Assembly (NCBI GenBank): GCA_964623205.1
Contig: CAZUQX010000005.1
Span: forward strand, 43,826-107,825
Direction of reading: 5' to 3'
DNA: 64,000 nucleotides
DNA from: an uncultured Candidatus Bathyarchaeia archaeon
GTDB lineage: Archaea; Thermoproteota; Bathyarchaeia; Bathyarchaeales; Bathyarchaeaceae
Part shown: positions 29,483-39,009 of the stretch, piece by piece
Position numbering within the stretch: position 1 is the first letter of the stretch
Layout of the letters: each line of letters begins with the position of its first letter
Made by a program: the position numbers and the translations under genes
Notes under the pieces: generated by a model
The model's database searches: none
What the model was told of the DNA's origin: nothing
Seen by the model: only the letters and a program-made list of their open reading frames with translations

Positions 29483-30268
29483 ATGAAAATCGCTATAAGG
29501 ATGCTTGGTATAGCCACAATAATCCTTTGGATAATAACAATTTTCTTCATTGTCACATCTGTCTATTCAGTCCTGCAATTAGGTCTAACCATTGGGGCGG
29601 TTCAAATGTTTCCTTCCAGCGAGGGCATCAATTTTTCCTTACCTTTTTCCATAGCCAACAATGGCTACTACGAACTAGCTGATTTAAACTTGACAACCCG
29701 CGTCACAGACCTCAATGGAACGGTATTGGATCAGTCCAATACCACGATTTTGTCAATACCGCAAGGCACCACTATTAACCAAACCCACACAGTTCACATA
29801 GACCTCGATACAATCATGTCAATGGATCATGTACCCCTCCTATTGAACGACAGCTCCTTTGAAATCGAGGTTTTTACAGCTCTCAAGTTTGCCCGAGCCA
29901 TACCCATACAAATCTCGACGAACGCGACAATACCTTGGGGAGCCCCCTTATCCCACTTCTCTGTTGGAAAACTTTCCGTTTCCTCATTCAACAGCACCCA
30001 TGGTGAAGCAACAACGCCTGTAAGTTTCGAAAATCACGCGGTTCTTGACCTAGTAGGAACCTTGAAAATGGAATTCTACAGCGCTTCGCGAGAACTGATA
30101 GCTTCTGGAGAGACTACCATTAATGTTCCATCCGGGAAAAGTTATGATGGTGAAATTAACTCATACCCGAGGCAGCAAGACATTTTAAAACTAAACAGCA
30201 GTGGAAACGTTCACATGATTTTCGAGACTCCAATGTTTTTGGTGGAATGGGAGGAACCATATGGTTGA
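29483..30268 (+). CDS. Membrane-anchored beta-rich extracellular protein
   Basis: N-terminal TM, many N-x-S/T sequons; overlaps next gene. Confidence 0.75.
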   Translation: MKIAIRMLGIATIILWIITIFFIVTSVYSVLQLGLTIGAVQMFPSSEGINFSLPFSIANNGYYELADLNLTTRVTDLNGTVLDQSNTTILSIPQGTTINQTHTVHIDLDTIMSMDHVPLLLNDSSFEIEVFTALKFARAIPIQISTNATIPWGAPLSHFSVGKLSVSSFNSTHGEATTPVSFENHAVLDLVGTLKMEFYSASRELIASGETTINVPSGKSYDGEINSYPRQQDILKLNSSGNVHMIFETPMFLVEWEEPYG

Positions 30269-30719
30269 ACGAAATACGAAATTGATCGTGAAAAAATCAA
30301 CCCCGCGAATTCTCAAGGCTGCGGTGTGGGGTGCATTAACCTATGCACTCGTCTATTACCTGCCGTTAATACTCTATCCCTCAGAGATTCTTCCTGTTGA
30401 TTACACCACTGAGCTGTTTAACTTCGCGGCAATAGCCGTCTTTTTCGCTGTGGTAGGGGTGCTGTTTTCAGGAACCATTCTAGGATGCGGCTTTGGAATA
30501 GCAAAGGCTGTTGTTATAATTGCCTATTTTTTCGTTGTCTCGGGAAGCGGTGTTTTTAGTGTAACGTTACCCTTTATGGACGTTCCGGTAAACTTGACAG
30601 TTGATATAACTATCATTCTCTTAATGATTGCCTCGGTGAATCTGCTAGATATTGCGAAAAATCTGCTTCAAGCTATAACCCTTCTTACCAACAAGACAAC
30701 TGGCATCGACCTCATATAA
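30261..30719 (+). CDS. Four-TM membrane protein
   Basis: Hydrophobicity; translational coupling to upstream gene. Confidence 0.75.
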   Translation: MVERNTKLIVKKSTPRILKAAVWGALTYALVYYLPLILYPSEILPVDYTTELFNFAAIAVFFAVVGVLFSGTILGCGFGIAKAVVIIAYFFVVSGSGVFSVTLPFMDVPVNLTVDITIILLMIASVNLLDIAKNLLQAITLLTNKTTGIDLI

Positions 30720-30759
30720 GTCAGAAGAGAAAATCTGATCATAAATCTGAGGATGAGAC

Positions 30760-32517
30760 ATGAGAAAACTAGAAAAATCGTTAATCTTCTCTTCGTTAAT
30801 CCTCATTCTGACATTAGAGGTTCTTGCTTATCCTGTTTTTTCCCTTGTCTTGAACCAAAAATTTAATCGAGTTGCCGAAGCCTCTTGCTTTCCAGAAGCT
30901 GAGGTGTCTAATGGAAACCCCGTTTACCAGAAGGGGATGTCTTACTCGGCTTGGTCCGGCGACGCCTTCAGCAGTTCTGAATCCGATGAGTCTCTAAGGC
31001 TCTTAGCTGAAACTAATACCGAATGGATAGCAATTTGTTTCGCATGGGCTCAATCCAACACTAAATCATATGACATCCGCGTTGACCCTGTCCGCACGGC
31101 AACCACCGAGTCAGTTCAACATGCCATAACCACAGCCCACAGTTTAGGTTTTAAGGTCATGTTGAAGCCCATGGTTGATACGTTGGAAGAGGAACAATCT
31201 CAGGGATATCCGACCGTGTGGAGGGGTGAGATTCAGCCGTCTGCTGAATGGTTTGAGAGTTACTCCAACTTCATTAATTCTTTTGCCGAGTTTGCTGAAG
31301 AAAATGATGTAGAACTCTTTTCTGTTGGGTGCGAATTAAAAGGAACAACTGGGGCGAAAGAGGAGTGGGAAAAGGTTATCGCAGGAGTGCGGGAACGCTA
31401 CTCTGGACCCATTATTTACGCTGCTGACTGGACCAACTATAAAAACATCGAATGGTGGGATTCTGTGGACTACGTGGGAATAGACGCCTACTTTCCGTTA
31501 TCCTTCAAGTATAATCCTAGCCTTGATGAGCTGAAGACCGCTTGGACCAACCATGCAAACGATATTGAAGAATGGATTTCCATAGTAAACAAGCCTGTGA
31601 TCTTCACGGAGATCGGCTACCGAAGCGGTGACGGAACAAACTTTGCTCCATCTAACTATTGGCTTGACATGCCTGTTGATCTTCAAGAACAGCAGGACTG
31701 TTATGAAGCTGCCTTCCAGACGCTGTGGAACCGAAGTTGGTTCTACGGCTTTTATTGGTGGACTTGGATACATGACCCAGAAAAAGGGGGACTTGACGAT
31801 CCTAATCACACTCCACAAAATAAGCCCGCCCAAGACGTCGTTACCAACTGGTATTCTCTGAGTAGACAAGTTGCTGTCATAGATCAAACGTTCACAAGTG
31901 CCGAAAAATGTAGCGTCAACGAAGTTCAGTCAATTGGTTTTCACGTAAGTTGGGAACAGGATGACACAGATGTGGCTGATGCTAGCGTCTACGTGAATGG
32001 AACGGAGCATATAACGAATGGGACAGGATGGGTAAGCTTCAATATTGCATATGCTACGGTGGGGAAACGCTCATGGGTCATCACAGACTTTGAGCAGTCG
32101 GAAGCGACTAGCTACAGAGTAGGCGTTGAAAGTCCCCACATTGTCTGGGACAAAGTTGTCGTTGATATCGAAGTCGACTCGACTTCGTTTGGAGTGTCAA
32201 AGGTGAGGGTGAAGGTCGCTTACGCTTACGATGAAGCTCCGGTTACTGGCGCAACTACGTTCGTGAATGGAAAAATATGTGAGGAGATTGAGCCGGGCGT
32301 CTACGAGGTGGAATTTGGTTCTTGGAGCCCCTATCAGCAGGTGACAGTGGAGACCGATCTTCCAGACCTTGCGGGGGAAACTTGGACAACCTCAACATTT
32401 CACATCATGAACATTATCCTATATATTGCCCTAGTGGTAGCGGTAATCGTGATAGTAGTTGTGCTCTTCAAACTCCGACATCGCGGTTCCAGTCAGCCTT
32501 CATACCAGACCGAGTAG
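30760..32517 (+). CDS. Secreted, C-terminally anchored GH113-like glycoside hydrolase
   Basis: Signal peptide; KVMLKP, WRG.I, GCEL, YAADW, GIDAYFPL, FTEIGY, FYWW.W, NKPA; C-terminal TM plus basic tail. Confidence 0.85.
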   Translation: MRKLEKSLIFSSLILILTLEVLAYPVFSLVLNQKFNRVAEASCFPEAEVSNGNPVYQKGMSYSAWSGDAFSSSESDESLRLLAETNTEWIAICFAWAQSNTKSYDIRVDPVRTATTESVQHAITTAHSLGFKVMLKPMVDTLEEEQSQGYPTVWRGEIQPSAEWFESYSNFINSFAEFAEENDVELFSVGCELKGTTGAKEEWEKVIAGVRERYSGPIIYAADWTNYKNIEWWDSVDYVGIDAYFPLSFKYNPSLDELKTAWTNHANDIEEWISIVNKPVIFTEIGYRSGDGTNFAPSNYWLDMPVDLQEQQDCYEAAFQTLWNRSWFYGFYWWTWIHDPEKGGLDDPNHTPQNKPAQDVVTNWYSLSRQVAVIDQTFTSAEKCSVNEVQSIGFHVSWEQDDTDVADASVYVNGTEHITNGTGWVSFNIAYATVGKRSWVITDFEQSEATSYRVGVESPHIVWDKVVVDIEVDSTSFGVSKVRVKVAYAYDEAPVTGATTFVNGKICEEIEPGVYEVEFGSWSPYQQVTVETDLPDLAGETWTTSTFHIMNIILYIALVVAVIVIVVVLFKLRHRGSSQPSYQTE

Positions 32518-33407
32518 GTTGTGAGGAAATTATCCTCCGTCTGGAGACATAGAGTGTACACTCCCTTACCGTGAGTGGTGAAGGCTTCTGAAAGATTGAA
32601 TTGTATTTCGAAGTTTTGTTCTGTTTGATTCCATACCTGAGCTGATACGGAAATTCCTTCCAATACTTCCCAACCGGAAGGTAGCGCCATGCCCACAAAA
32701 GTGCCTGAATCATAGCTAAAATCGTATGGTGGTTTCGTTACTTGCTCAACTGTAAGAGGGGCTGGGTTATCATAGTAGATGACAACATGTTCAATAGATA
32801 ATCCTTCTTCGAGAATTGTTCCCTCCATGGTGACTTCACTGTTGATAACGGTCAGTGTCTCCCATTCTATGTGATCATTCTCAAAATCTTGGACAAAGTA
32901 AAGGTTGTTGTCATTGTATGAGATGCCAATGCTCACTTTGTTATGAAATGGGTCCAGAATGTTGTCTCTGTGTCCCCAGTCGGCATGCGAATCGTTATAC
33001 ATCATCTCCCATTGCAGATCCTCCAAGGCTTCTTTGGGGTCAATGAAACCAGAACTGTACATCCAAGCAATATTCTCTGAAACTGAACCTTGACCGCCAG
33101 CAAGCGTATATCGCATATATGGTTTGTGACCATTGAGGTCCCAATGGCTGTAGAATTTTTGGTTGAGCATATTATCTGCATGTTGTTGTCCAGACGAGGT
33201 ATCGCTGAGAGTTACGTTTTGTAGTCCATTCGACTGCCTATCACTGTTAATAAGTGACAGGGCATAATCCACCAATTCTTCATGACTATAATTTTTTGGC
33301 GAAAAACCAGGTAACGTTAAAGAAATTGGATGTCGCAAAAGAAATAGAAGAACAACAATTGACGAAATGGCTACAATGACAAGTGCCACATTTTTCAGTC
33401 TAGGCAA
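32493..33407 (-). CDS. CAP/SCP domain membrane-anchored protein
   Basis: LIN.DR, H..NM....YSHW, ENIA, GHRDNIL, VQDF. Confidence 0.88.
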   Translation of the reverse strand: MPRLKNVALVIVAISSIVVLLFLLRHPISLTLPGFSPKNYSHEELVDYALSLINSDRQSNGLQNVTLSDTSSGQQHADNMLNQKFYSHWDLNGHKPYMRYTLAGGQGSVSENIAWMYSSGFIDPKEALEDLQWEMMYNDSHADWGHRDNILDPFHNKVSIGISYNDNNLYFVQDFENDHIEWETLTVINSEVTMEGTILEEGLSIEHVVIYYDNPAPLTVEQVTKPPYDFSYDSGTFVGMALPSGWEVLEGISVSAQVWNQTEQNFEIQFNLSEAFTTHGKGVYTLCLQTEDNFLTTYSVWYEG

Positions 33408-33443
33408 GAGTTACTTGTCACACCCCTATTTCTATAACACACG

Positions 33444-34025
33444 TTAACATGCACTTCTTTCGTGTTTAGGTCTGAGGAGGTCGCTGTAAGAGAGGATCTC
33501 AAGATTGCTTGGGTCTATCTCCAGCTTAATCATTAGTTTTTCTAGAAGTTGTCGATCTTTTTCAACCACCTTTGGATCATCAGAGGTTTTTCTTTCGAAT
33601 TCGACGAATTTGCCGAGTTTCTTCACAGTGTCCAGATGAATTTGGGTTCCTTGATACTGATAGATCTCTCTGACTTTTTCTATGACGGTTAGTGGAGTTA
33701 GAATCTTCTTGAGGATTTTTTTCAGGTCTTCTGGTTCTTTGATTTTGATAATGAAGGCAGTGTCTCTTTTTGGTCCCGGGATGTTCTCTCTCTCATAATA
33801 GATCAACTCCGCTGTGCGGTCATCCTCAACTTCTCTCAGCTTCAATCTTCCCTCCGGCACCTTGAAGTAGAGGTCCGTTTGCCGAAAGGCTCCCACATAT
33901 TGTGCTCCTAGGGCAGACAATTTCTTTCTCAAAAAATCCTGGTCACCGACTCTTGCCTTCAACTCTATCATCTTGTGCTTAAAGCTGTGGTGCGCCTCTA
34001 TCTTCAATATGTAATCAACTCTCAC
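33444..34025 (-). CDS. CYTH-domain protein (class IV adenylate cyclase family)
   Basis: IELKAR, Q.DLYF, RLKLRE, KVREIY, LD.V..LG.FVEFE, SY.DL. Confidence 0.88.
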   Translation of the reverse strand: MRVDYILKIEAHHSFKHKMIELKARVGDQDFLRKKLSALGAQYVGAFRQTDLYFKVPEGRLKLREVEDDRTAELIYYERENIPGPKRDTAFIIKIKEPEDLKKILKKILTPLTVIEKVREIYQYQGTQIHLDTVKKLGKFVEFERKTSDDPKVVEKDRQLLEKLMIKLEIDPSNLEILSYSDLLRPKHERSAC

Positions 34026-34143
34026 AAAAAGAATCGTGGCAATGACTATTTTGATTTTCGATACGTCAAAACAGAGAATAGGGTTAATAGAAGATTTTGG
34101 AAGAAACTTTCAGTTCTAGAAGTTAAATAAAACGTTGCTATTC

Positions 34144-35154
34144 TTATGAACGTGGATGGGACAGTTTCCTTTTGATCACTATTGCAAATAAAGTAGCAGT
34201 CAAGAATACTGGTAGAATTATCCATGATGGAAACTCTGGGACGTAGCCAACTGGTGTATATCGTTCGTTTGCTACCATTGCAAGGGCGCCTGGACCTCCA
34301 ATTGCATATATTATGTCATCTATGACTGCAACACCTAACCCATATCGATTGGTTGGCATTGGAGTGCCTGTAGTCCAAGTGTCTGTTTCTGGATCAGAGA
34401 TTTGATTCAGGTTAAGAGTTGGATAGCCACCTAATACGTAGATTCGCTCTGGAGCTAAGACACCGGTGGTTACGCCCGCAGCCGCGCCCCCTCCTGGATT
34501 AGGCATAGCGGTTCCATTGCTCCATGAGTAAGTTTGTGGATCGTAAATTTGAGTTAAAGATGCAGAGAATACGTAGATTTTGTTGTCATAAACTGCAGAT
34601 GCATAGTTAGAAACCTGAACTGGAGGAGCTGTCGACGTGTTCCATGTGTTTGTTTCCGGATCATAAACCTCGTTCACGATCGAGTCTCCGCCTATTACAT
34701 AGATTTTTCCATCAACAACATTTGCATCCATTTGTTTCCTTGCAGTAGGCATCGGGGCTTTCGTTTCCCAAGTGTCTGTCAAGGGGTCATACACTTCAGT
34801 TATTCCAGTAACTTCTTCAGAGCCAAAGTCTCCTCCTCCACCTATACAGTAGATTTTATTCTGGTAAACAGCTATGGCGAAATAGCTTCTTGCTGTTGGC
34901 ATATTCGTTTTTGTGGTCCATGTGTCTGTAGCGGGATCATACTCTTCATTAACATCGAGTGCAGCTTGACCATACCCTCCGATTACGTAGATTTTTCCGT
35001 TTACGGTAGCAACTCCATGTCCTAGTCTTCCTGTGGGCATGTCAGCCATAGTCTCCCAAAAATCTTCAGCACATAAAACAGTAGGAACCGCAATAGTTGA
35101 TAGCAAAAAAGAAGAAATCAACAGTATAATTAGAGCTGTTCTTCGTTCCCCCAT
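34144..35154 (-). CDS. Secreted Kelch beta-propeller with PEF-CTERM-type sorting signal
   Basis: Six GKIY.IGG/YDP.TDTW repeats; ends VPEFPSW-TM-KRK; start set at ATG 35154 (MGERR signal peptide). Confidence 0.88.
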   Translation of the reverse strand: MGERRTALIILLISSFLLSTIAVPTVLCAEDFWETMADMPTGRLGHGVATVNGKIYVIGGYGQAALDVNEEYDPATDTWTTKTNMPTARSYFAIAVYQNKIYCIGGGGDFGSEEVTGITEVYDPLTDTWETKAPMPTARKQMDANVVDGKIYVIGGDSIVNEVYDPETNTWNTSTAPPVQVSNYASAVYDNKIYVFSASLTQIYDPQTYSWSNGTAMPNPGGGAAAGVTTGVLAPERIYVLGGYPTLNLNQISDPETDTWTTGTPMPTNRYGLGVAVIDDIIYAIGGPGALAMVANERYTPVGYVPEFPSWIILPVFLTATLFAIVIKRKLSHPRS

Positions 35155-35426
35155 CTTTTGGAACCTAAAAACAGCTATCTCTACATAACTGAAAAGTCTT
35201 TTTGTCAATAACCCTCGACCAAACCAATCTACTGTCAAAAACTCGTTCAGAGAAAAAGACCTATAAATAAAACGTCAGGAAACTTGTGTCAGAAAAATTG
35301 AATTTTCATTATCGCCTATGAGAATTTGTTTTGCCCTTAGGGTAAGGTTAATAGGTAATGCTTACTGTAGCGTAAACCTTTTTATACTCGATAGCCTAAT
35401 TCTCTCTACAGATTGGGGAATTGTGA

Positions 35427-36824
35427 ATGAGTGCAGCCAAATTACTGGCTGATCCAGTCGAGAAGTGGCTTGGTTCTGTTGCTTATTCCCAAAGTGGAAG
35501 TAAAGACACGGAAACCAACTATAGAAAACACTTTGGCAGGTTCCTGAGTTTTACTGAAAAAACTGCAACAGAGATCTTGTCAGAATATGAAGCCTTGGAA
35601 GACTTCAAAGATGTTAGAAGATTCAGAGACAAATTTGCTGATCAGATCATGAGTTGGATAATTTCATTGAGGCAAGAGGGATTAGAAGATAGCACTATCA
35701 AAACTATGGTGGGAGCAGTTCAAAGTTTCCTGAAATATAACAGAATCCAAATTGGTTTCATCCCAATGGCTCGTGGTCACGTGGTTTATCATAATCGAGA
35801 CATTACACGAAAAGAGATTGCAGACATTCTTAATACGTGCCTAGTCAGAGATAGAGCATTCTATGTGGTTATGGCTCAAAGCGGATTAAGACCTACTTCA
35901 TTATGTAAATTGAAGATCAAAGACATAGAGTATGACAGACTGCTAAGGGAAGAGAGTCCTGTTAAGATTGATGTTCCCTTGATGGCAGCCAAAGGAAAGT
36001 ATGATCACTACTTCAGTTTCATATCTTCTGAGGCTATACAAAGTCTGAAGTCCTACCTTAAAACAAGAGCTGTTAACTCAGAGAGTTACCTTTTCGTCAA
36101 GTCTGGAACAGTAAATGAACCTATGACTAGTGTTGGCTTTTCTGCTCAGTTCAACAGAACTGTTAGAAAGCTAAGGAAAAAAGGAGTTCTGAAATTTGAA
36201 CTGAGAAAGGACAAGCCTAGTGAACTAAGACTGTATAGTCTCCGTAAATTCTTCAGAAAACATGCAGGACAAGCAGGACATGACTACGTTAATTTTTGGT
36301 TAGGACACATAAGTTCCCTTGGAGTTGATCTGCATTATATCACAAGGGATCCAGAATATCATAGGAAGTTGTATGCTGAAAAAGCAGCTCCACATCTCAG
36401 AATTGAAACAAAAACTCCTTCTGAAACTGAGAAACAGATCGAAGATCTCAGAAAACAACTGGATGAGACACGAGAGAAACTGGAAGAGAGAGACAAACAG
36501 TTCAATAGTGTCTTGAAAAAGCTAGAGCCTCTGACCAAATTTACTGAGATGTTTGAGAACTCAAGAGAGCTGGAACTTTTCTCAAAATTGCTCGTCAAGT
36601 CAGGGGAAGTCTACAGGAGAACTGGGGAGTTAGGAGAAGACTTCGACAAGGTAATAGAGGATTTGGAGAAAGAAGGGCTAGAGACAGGGTATCCAGAGAA
36701 GCTAGGTTACGATGTGGATAGAGTCCAAGAGCTGCTGCAATACGTCAATCCTGCCTTGGGCAGAATCTTGTTGCTAGATGCTCTCGAAAGAAAGAGAAAG
36801 GCTGCCAAGAAGGAGAGTGCATAA
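35427..36824 (+). CDS. Tyrosine recombinase/integrase with C-terminal coiled coil
   Basis: RDRA...SGLRP, KGK, YSLRKFF, LGH, D.HY. Confidence 0.9.
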   Translation: MSAAKLLADPVEKWLGSVAYSQSGSKDTETNYRKHFGRFLSFTEKTATEILSEYEALEDFKDVRRFRDKFADQIMSWIISLRQEGLEDSTIKTMVGAVQSFLKYNRIQIGFIPMARGHVVYHNRDITRKEIADILNTCLVRDRAFYVVMAQSGLRPTSLCKLKIKDIEYDRLLREESPVKIDVPLMAAKGKYDHYFSFISSEAIQSLKSYLKTRAVNSESYLFVKSGTVNEPMTSVGFSAQFNRTVRKLRKKGVLKFELRKDKPSELRLYSLRKFFRKHAGQAGHDYVNFWLGHISSLGVDLHYITRDPEYHRKLYAEKAAPHLRIETKTPSETEKQIEDLRKQLDETREKLEERDKQFNSVLKKLEPLTKFTEMFENSRELELFSKLLVKSGEVYRRTGELGEDFDKVIEDLEKEGLETGYPEKLGYDVDRVQELLQYVNPALGRILLLDALERKRKAAKKESA

Positions 36825-36826
36825 CG

Positions 36827-37105
36827 GTGGACATCTCAGTAACCCTTGGCTACGCTATAGCCATAGCCACTGTTACAGGATCTGTTGCAGTCATAGCCTT
36901 GATGGCAGTGGCAGCTATCAGAAAGAGCCTACAAATATTCAAGCCATCAACAAGAAAGACAGAGATGGAACAGATCCCCACGAAGAGCCTTCCAATAAAT
37001 GAGAACGTCTGGACTTGCCCTTACTGTGGATCCCAAAATGAAAAGACCAATTTTGTCTGTGGAAATTGCAGATCTCCAAGAAAACACTTGGGGATCCATT
37101 CCTAA
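36827..37105 (+). CDS. Small TM protein with RanBP2-like Zn finger
   Basis: TM helix, then WTCPYCGSQN...CGNC. Confidence 0.7.
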   Translation: MDISVTLGYAIAIATVTGSVAVIALMAVAAIRKSLQIFKPSTRKTEMEQIPTKSLPINENVWTCPYCGSQNEKTNFVCGNCRSPRKHLGIHS

Positions 37106-37363
37106 TTTTTTCAGAAGTCCTTTCCCTCAAGGATCTCTGCAGCAATTTTGAAGCAGACTCTACAGAATGGCTTCAAGCCCTTAACGATAATGAGGACATC
37201 TGTTTTTCCACATCTAGGACATTTTCCAAAGGTAATAGTTATCTCTGATTCGTCACTCAAACCCTTCACACTCCATTATGATGAAACAGATTTGTGTATG
37301 TTTGGGTATTAATGTGGATAAGTTAGAAAATAAGGGTTACTGTAAACAGCTAGAGAGAATCAG

Positions 37364-37504
37364 ATGCCTAAGAAAAGAGTTTATGCAACGATTCGAGAGG
37401 AATTGGTTGTGTGGATGGATAACGAAGTTAAGAAACTACGTTTTGCATCCAGAAGCCATGCTATAGAATATGCCCTAACCAAACTAAAAGAGAAGACAAA
37501 GTGA
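37364..37504 (+). CDS. Ribbon-helix-helix (CopG/Arc-like) DNA-binding protein, 46 aa
   Basis: Manual translation MPKKRVYATIREELVVWMDNEVKKLRFASRSHAIEYALTKLKEKTK (beta strand, helix, F.SRS.AIE.AL); below ORF cutoff. Confidence 0.8.
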   Translation: MPKKRVYATIREELVVWMDNEVKKLRFASRSHAIEYALTKLKEKTK

Positions 37505-37591
37505 CGAGGTAGTATCTACGAAGAGCCCTGCAATGGACATAACCACGAAGAGTCTTCTCTCCTTGACCACATCGTTAATGATATATAGTTA

Positions 37592-38347
37592 ATGAACATG
37601 AATAGTTTATCCATGCGTCTAACAATATTACTTTGTTTCATGGTCTTACTGATAGGATTGGCTGGTGGTTTTTATCTTGCTCTTTTCATGCAAGATCAAA
37701 TACAGCTTTTAGTTGGAGCAGCAATTATTTTTGCGTTCCTAAATTGGTTGGGTTCAGGAACTGCATTACTAGGACTTGCTAAGGAGTGGTATAAAGAAAA
37801 ACGTGAAAAGGTGGAATTTGAAATGATATACCAACCACAAATCAATCCACATCTTTTCGAGCCAATTTTGGAAATGGTAAACATTACTGGGCAAAGACTC
37901 AATATATCACGAAAGTTCCTCAAAGTGGGCATAGCAAATAATGGTGGAAAAGTAGCTAAACAATGCAGAGCAACTCTTCAGTTCAAGAGGGCTACTGACG
38001 ATACGAGGAATCCGTCATTAGAACCCAAAACTCTTTTCTGGGAAACTGGAGAAACCTATAAAGACATAGGAATAAAACGGACAGAATATCTGTATGTTGT
38101 TCTTTCTGATAGCCGTCTAGGTTCACAGATACCTGCTGATGCAGACTTGTTTGCATTTATTTCCACACCTGAAACTGTTAAAATGATCCCTGCAAATTTC
38201 TTCAGGGCACAAGATGGTTTTGGTGTTGGTGACTCCGATTTTGAATTGCTTGTAACCACGGAAAGTGGGGAAAGTTTAACGAGCAACTTGCGAGTTCATG
38301 TAACAAATAATTGGAACGAATTGACAATGGAACAGATTGAGGACTAA
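37592..38347 (+). CDS. Hypothetical protein with two N-terminal TMs and a beta-rich domain
   Basis: 251-aa ORF, TATA-like ATATATAG upstream. Confidence 0.7.
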   Translation: MNMNSLSMRLTILLCFMVLLIGLAGGFYLALFMQDQIQLLVGAAIIFAFLNWLGSGTALLGLAKEWYKEKREKVEFEMIYQPQINPHLFEPILEMVNITGQRLNISRKFLKVGIANNGGKVAKQCRATLQFKRATDDTRNPSLEPKTLFWETGETYKDIGIKRTEYLYVVLSDSRLGSQIPADADLFAFISTPETVKMIPANFFRAQDGFGVGDSDFELLVTTESGESLTSNLRVHVTNNWNELTMEQIED

Positions 38348-38384
38348 CTTCTGTTGTGGAATTTCTAGTATCCCAGTAACTTTC

Positions 38385-38765
38385 TCTTGACTCTTCCCCT
38401 GAACCCTCAGCTTAATATGGAAACCACATCTACGAAGGAGCTACCTACCTAGAGACTCTTCGCAACACCTACCAAGACCACAACGAAGAGTCTTCCTACC
38501 ACCTAGACCAAAGCACAGCCTAAATTTTCACCAAGCTCTCTTCTTTCTCAAAGTCCTACGAAGGATCTCTTCCCTCTCAAACAACACAGAGCAGCCATAG
38601 CCCTGAAGCCTAAGATAACACCATTCACCTGCAGCTCTAGCTTGGTTACACAACACCAAGACCTCTCCTAGAGACAATGCCTAAGCTCTCCCCTTTCTCT
38701 CCAAGAATAGCTAGTGCAGGTTCATACAATCCAACGAATGTCTCCCCAAACTCTCTACCTTCCCC
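38385..38765. repeat. C/A-skewed non-coding region with short direct and inverted repeats
   Basis: AGACTCTTCG/CGAAGAGTCT inverted pair (38453-62/38484-93); duplicated AAGCTCTC..CTTTCTC and CCAAGACC. Confidence 0.6.
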
Positions 38766-39009
38766 ATTCTAAGTTATTAGTTAGAGTATTCAGGAACTCC
38801 TCATATTGACGAGTTTCCCCTGTCAAGCATCATAAATTGGACATTCCATACAGAATGTCAAGTTTGAGCTTGACCTATTCGACATATAATGCTCCTAACA
38901 ATGTTTAAGGTAACATTCTGCTCTGCTAAATCTTGAGTTAGCCTAGAAACCATGCTGAAAGTAAACATTTTTATGTTGAAAAGTTGACATTAAATAGGGA
39001 TAATGTCCA

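Noticed and set aside
34144-35154. Internal DNA repeats in the Kelch genes as a diversity-generating system
   Set aside because: Explained by the six-blade protein repeat and by paralogy; no reverse transcriptase or adenine-specific template/variable pair was seen
37278-37466. 62-aa ORF in the ORF track
   Set aside because: Overlaps a convincing RHH gene (37364-37504) in another frame
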